Assembly (NCBI GenBank): GCA_045643165.1
Contig: JAZUKF010000065.1
Span: 1-16,393 of the forward strand
Length of the DNA: 16,393 nucleotides
Reading direction: 5' to 3'
DNA from: Acutalibacteraceae bacterium
GTDB lineage: Bacteria; Bacillota; Clostridia; Oscillospirales; Acutalibacteraceae
The translations under genes and the position numbers were made by a program. Shown piece by piece: positions 14,803 through 16,393 of this stretch. A model generated the notes under the pieces. The model searched no databases. It had not been told where the DNA came from and worked only from the letters and a program-made list of their open reading frames with translations. Every line of letters begins with the position of its first letter. The first letter of the stretch is position 1.

Positions 14803-14817
14803 ATGTTTTAGTATAAT
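14789..14817 (+). promoter_or_regulatory. Sigma-A type promoter: TTGACT, 17-nt spacer, TATAAT. Its -35 box overlaps the 3' arm of the rbsK terminator.
   Basis: -35 TTGACT at 14789-14794. -10 TATAAT at 14812-14817. 17-nt spacer. About 30 nt upstream of the phosphatase gene ATG. Confidence 0.55.
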
Positions 14818-14848
14818 ATTCTTATCATTTAAAAAGGAGTGCAAAAAA

Positions 14849-16279
14849 ATGAAAAAAACTTTAAACAGGTCTCTTGCCGTATTACTTGCATTTATAATGA
14901 TTTTCAGTACATTCGGCATACAGACTTTTGCTCTTACCGCCGACAAACAATGGGAAAATTACTTTAATTCCTATCTTCAGGACGGAAGAACCGTTGTTAT
15001 GTCCCCCGGAGCAGATGACACGCAACGAAATTTCTCATGGTATTCCTCCCTTAAATCGGGAAAAGGCGTACTGTATCTCAGCGAAACAAAGGATTTCAAA
15101 AATTATAAGACTTTCACCGCCTCAAAGGTTATCACCTTTCAGGGGGATTGCAGAAACAAAGTAACGGTAACAGGTCTTGCAAAAGGAAAAACATATTATT
15201 ATAAATGTGTAAACGGCTCCGATTCAAGCGACGTTTACTCCTTCAAAACAATGAAGGATAAATCATTTACCGCCATGTACGTTACCGATATACATATTAC
15301 CCATGATGAAGAAGGTTTGGAAAATCCCATTATGACACAGTCATACGGATTTCATAAAGTTCTGGAAGATGCAAAACTTAAAACGACTGACGGTCTTGAC
15401 CTTATTATTTCCTCCGGAGACCAGGCAACTTACGGACTTCGTAAAGAATATCAGGGTGTTTTCGCTTCACCTGAATTAAGAAGTATTCCCTTTGCTTTCT
15501 GCGTAGGAAATCACGACCGCAAGGGAGCTGACTATAAATTCATCAACAACAATCCGAATATATATAAAAAAGGCGTTTCATCATATATCGGTCCTGATTA
15601 TTATTATGTTAAAGGCGATGTGCTTTTCCTGGTATATGACAGCAACTGCAAATCTTCAACAACACACAAAAATTTCACAAAAGCGGCAGTTGAAGCAAAT
15701 CCTGACGTAAAATGGCGTATTGCGGTTATGCACCACGATATGTACGGAAAATTGACGGACGGCAGACTTGAAGATTCCGTTGAAAACAGACGTCCTGTTT
15801 TTGTTCCTATATTTGATGAATTTAAAATCGACTTTGCTTTCCTTGGTCATAGCCACTATTATTCAATTTCAAACGTAATGTACAACAATAAAATAACTCA
15901 AAATATTTCGGGACAAAAATCCGTAACCGATCCGGCAGGAACAATAGTTATGGTTTCAGGCTCAATCAGTCATGCCAGAACCATTGATATGTCGGAAATC
16001 CCCGTACAGGACACTATCGCATATTACTACTCCACAAATGATATGATTTATAATATTGTAGATTTTTCAAACGATACCATGTCAATTAAATCATACACAT
16101 TGGGAAGCGAAAAGCCCTTTAACGCATTGACTGTTAAAAAAACTACTGCCGACGGCGGACATCCGGAATACAGTCAGACATTATTTGCACCGGTAAAACG
16201 TTCCGCTTTTGAATTCCTTGCATTCTTCGAGGAACTTGCCATGGGAATTAAGGCTGTTGCATCCTGCATTTTCGGATAA
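14849..16279 (+). CDS. Secreted purple-acid-phosphatase-like calcineurin-type metallophosphoesterase with an N-terminal FN3-like domain.
   Basis: AAAGGAG RBS upstream of ATG at 14849, with a signal peptide following (KKTLNRSLAVLLAFIMIFSTFGIQTFA). The upstream TTG at 14789 lies inside the promoter -35 box. Metallophosphoesterase motifs D-x-H (TDIHITHD), GDxxY (SSGDQATYG), GNHD (CVGNHD), MHH (VMHHD) and GHxH (LGHSHYY). PAP N-terminal domain features (RNFSWYS...TVTGLAKGKTYYYKC). Confidence 0.8.
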   Translation: MKKTLNRSLAVLLAFIMIFSTFGIQTFALTADKQWENYFNSYLQDGRTVVMSPGADDTQRNFSWYSSLKSGKGVLYLSETKDFKNYKTFTASKVITFQGDCRNKVTVTGLAKGKTYYYKCVNGSDSSDVYSFKTMKDKSFTAMYVTDIHITHDEEGLENPIMTQSYGFHKVLEDAKLKTTDGLDLIISSGDQATYGLRKEYQGVFASPELRSIPFAFCVGNHDRKGADYKFINNNPNIYKKGVSSYIGPDYYYVKGDVLFLVYDSNCKSSTTHKNFTKAAVEANPDVKWRIAVMHHDMYGKLTDGRLEDSVENRRPVFVPIFDEFKIDFAFLGHSHYYSISNVMYNNKITQNISGQKSVTDPAGTIVMVSGSISHARTIDMSEIPVQDTIAYYYSTNDMIYNIVDFSNDTMSIKSYTLGSEKPFNALTVKKTTADGGHPEYSQTLFAPVKRSAFEFLAFFEELAMGIKAVASCIFG

Positions 16280-16343
16280 TGATATAACTAAACTAAAGCG
16301 GAACGGTCAAGACCGTTCCCTGCATTTTGATTTCAAAAACTAA

Positions 16344-16380
16344 GGGGCTGTTCGCACTAAGGAACAGCCCCGTTATTTTA
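16344..16380 (+). terminator. Strong rho-independent terminator.
   Basis: Perfect 10-bp GC-rich stem GGGGCTGTTC / GAACAGCCCC with an 8-nt loop, followed by GTTATTTTA. A weaker hairpin lies just upstream at 16300-16319 (GGAACGG...CCGTTCC). Confidence 0.7.
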
Positions 16381-16393
16381 TATTTGCTTCTCT

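Noticed and set aside
14789-14848. Upstream TTG start (14789) extending the phosphatase ORF by 20 residues (MTIFLCFSIIFLSFKKECKK).
   Set aside because: These nucleotides constitute the TTGACT -35 box, spacer and TATAAT -10 of the promoter. The ATG at 14849 has an AAAGGAG RBS and begins a canonical signal peptide.
14928-15856. ORFs 14928..15164 (+) and 15656..15856 (-) within the phosphatase gene.
   Set aside because: They are alternative-frame overlaps of a supported CDS.
1-16393. Searched by eye for CRISPR-like regularly spaced direct repeats, tRNA-like cloverleaf regions, IS terminal inverted repeats, and integrase/transposase/toxin-antitoxin-sized ORFs.
   Set aside because: None found. 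The only repeats are intragenic codon-level repeats (zinc-ribbon units, YGNS repeats) and terminator hairpins.

Overview
AT-rich, low-GC Firmicutes-type (Clostridia-like) chromosomal segment. It carries 14 supportable protein-coding genes, all on the + strand. I found no rRNA, tRNA, CRISPR array, transposase or integrase. Gene content from 5' to 3': (1) two polytopic membrane proteins of unrecognised family; (2) an azlC-azlD branched-chain amino-acid exporter pair followed by a PAT/YncA-like GNAT acetyltransferase; (3) a three-gene membrane module, preceded by a near-consensus sigma-A promoter, made of an SPFH/band-7 protein with a triple C-terminal zinc ribbon (COG4260, 'virion core protein'-like), a double-zinc-ribbon membrane-anchored protein, and a TPM-domain membrane protein. 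This is the gene set of the Bacillus subtilis ydjG-ydjH-ydjI (PspA-associated) module, here in the order I-G-H and without an adjacent pspA; (4) a GH125-type metal-independent alpha-mannosidase and a GT2 glycosyltransferase. No terminator separates these two genes from the SPFH module upstream, so the five genes may form one transcription unit; (5) an OmpR-family response regulator and a two-transmembrane-segment sensor histidine kinase, immediately followed by a membrane-anchored HtrA/DegP-type serine protease with a PDZ domain. This is a CssRS-htrA-like arrangement, and the protease carries an unusual N/Q/Y-rich low-complexity N-terminal extension; (6) a bicistron bounded by a promoter and a terminator, made of a ribulose-phosphate 3-epimerase family gene (TTG start) and a ribokinase gene; (7) a secreted purple-acid-phosphatase-like metallophosphoesterase, ending in a strong intrinsic terminator. 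The most interesting region is 3369-9119 (the SPFH / zinc-ribbon / TPM module and its possible coupling to glycan enzymes). All family assignments come from motif recognition by eye, and no database search was possible.
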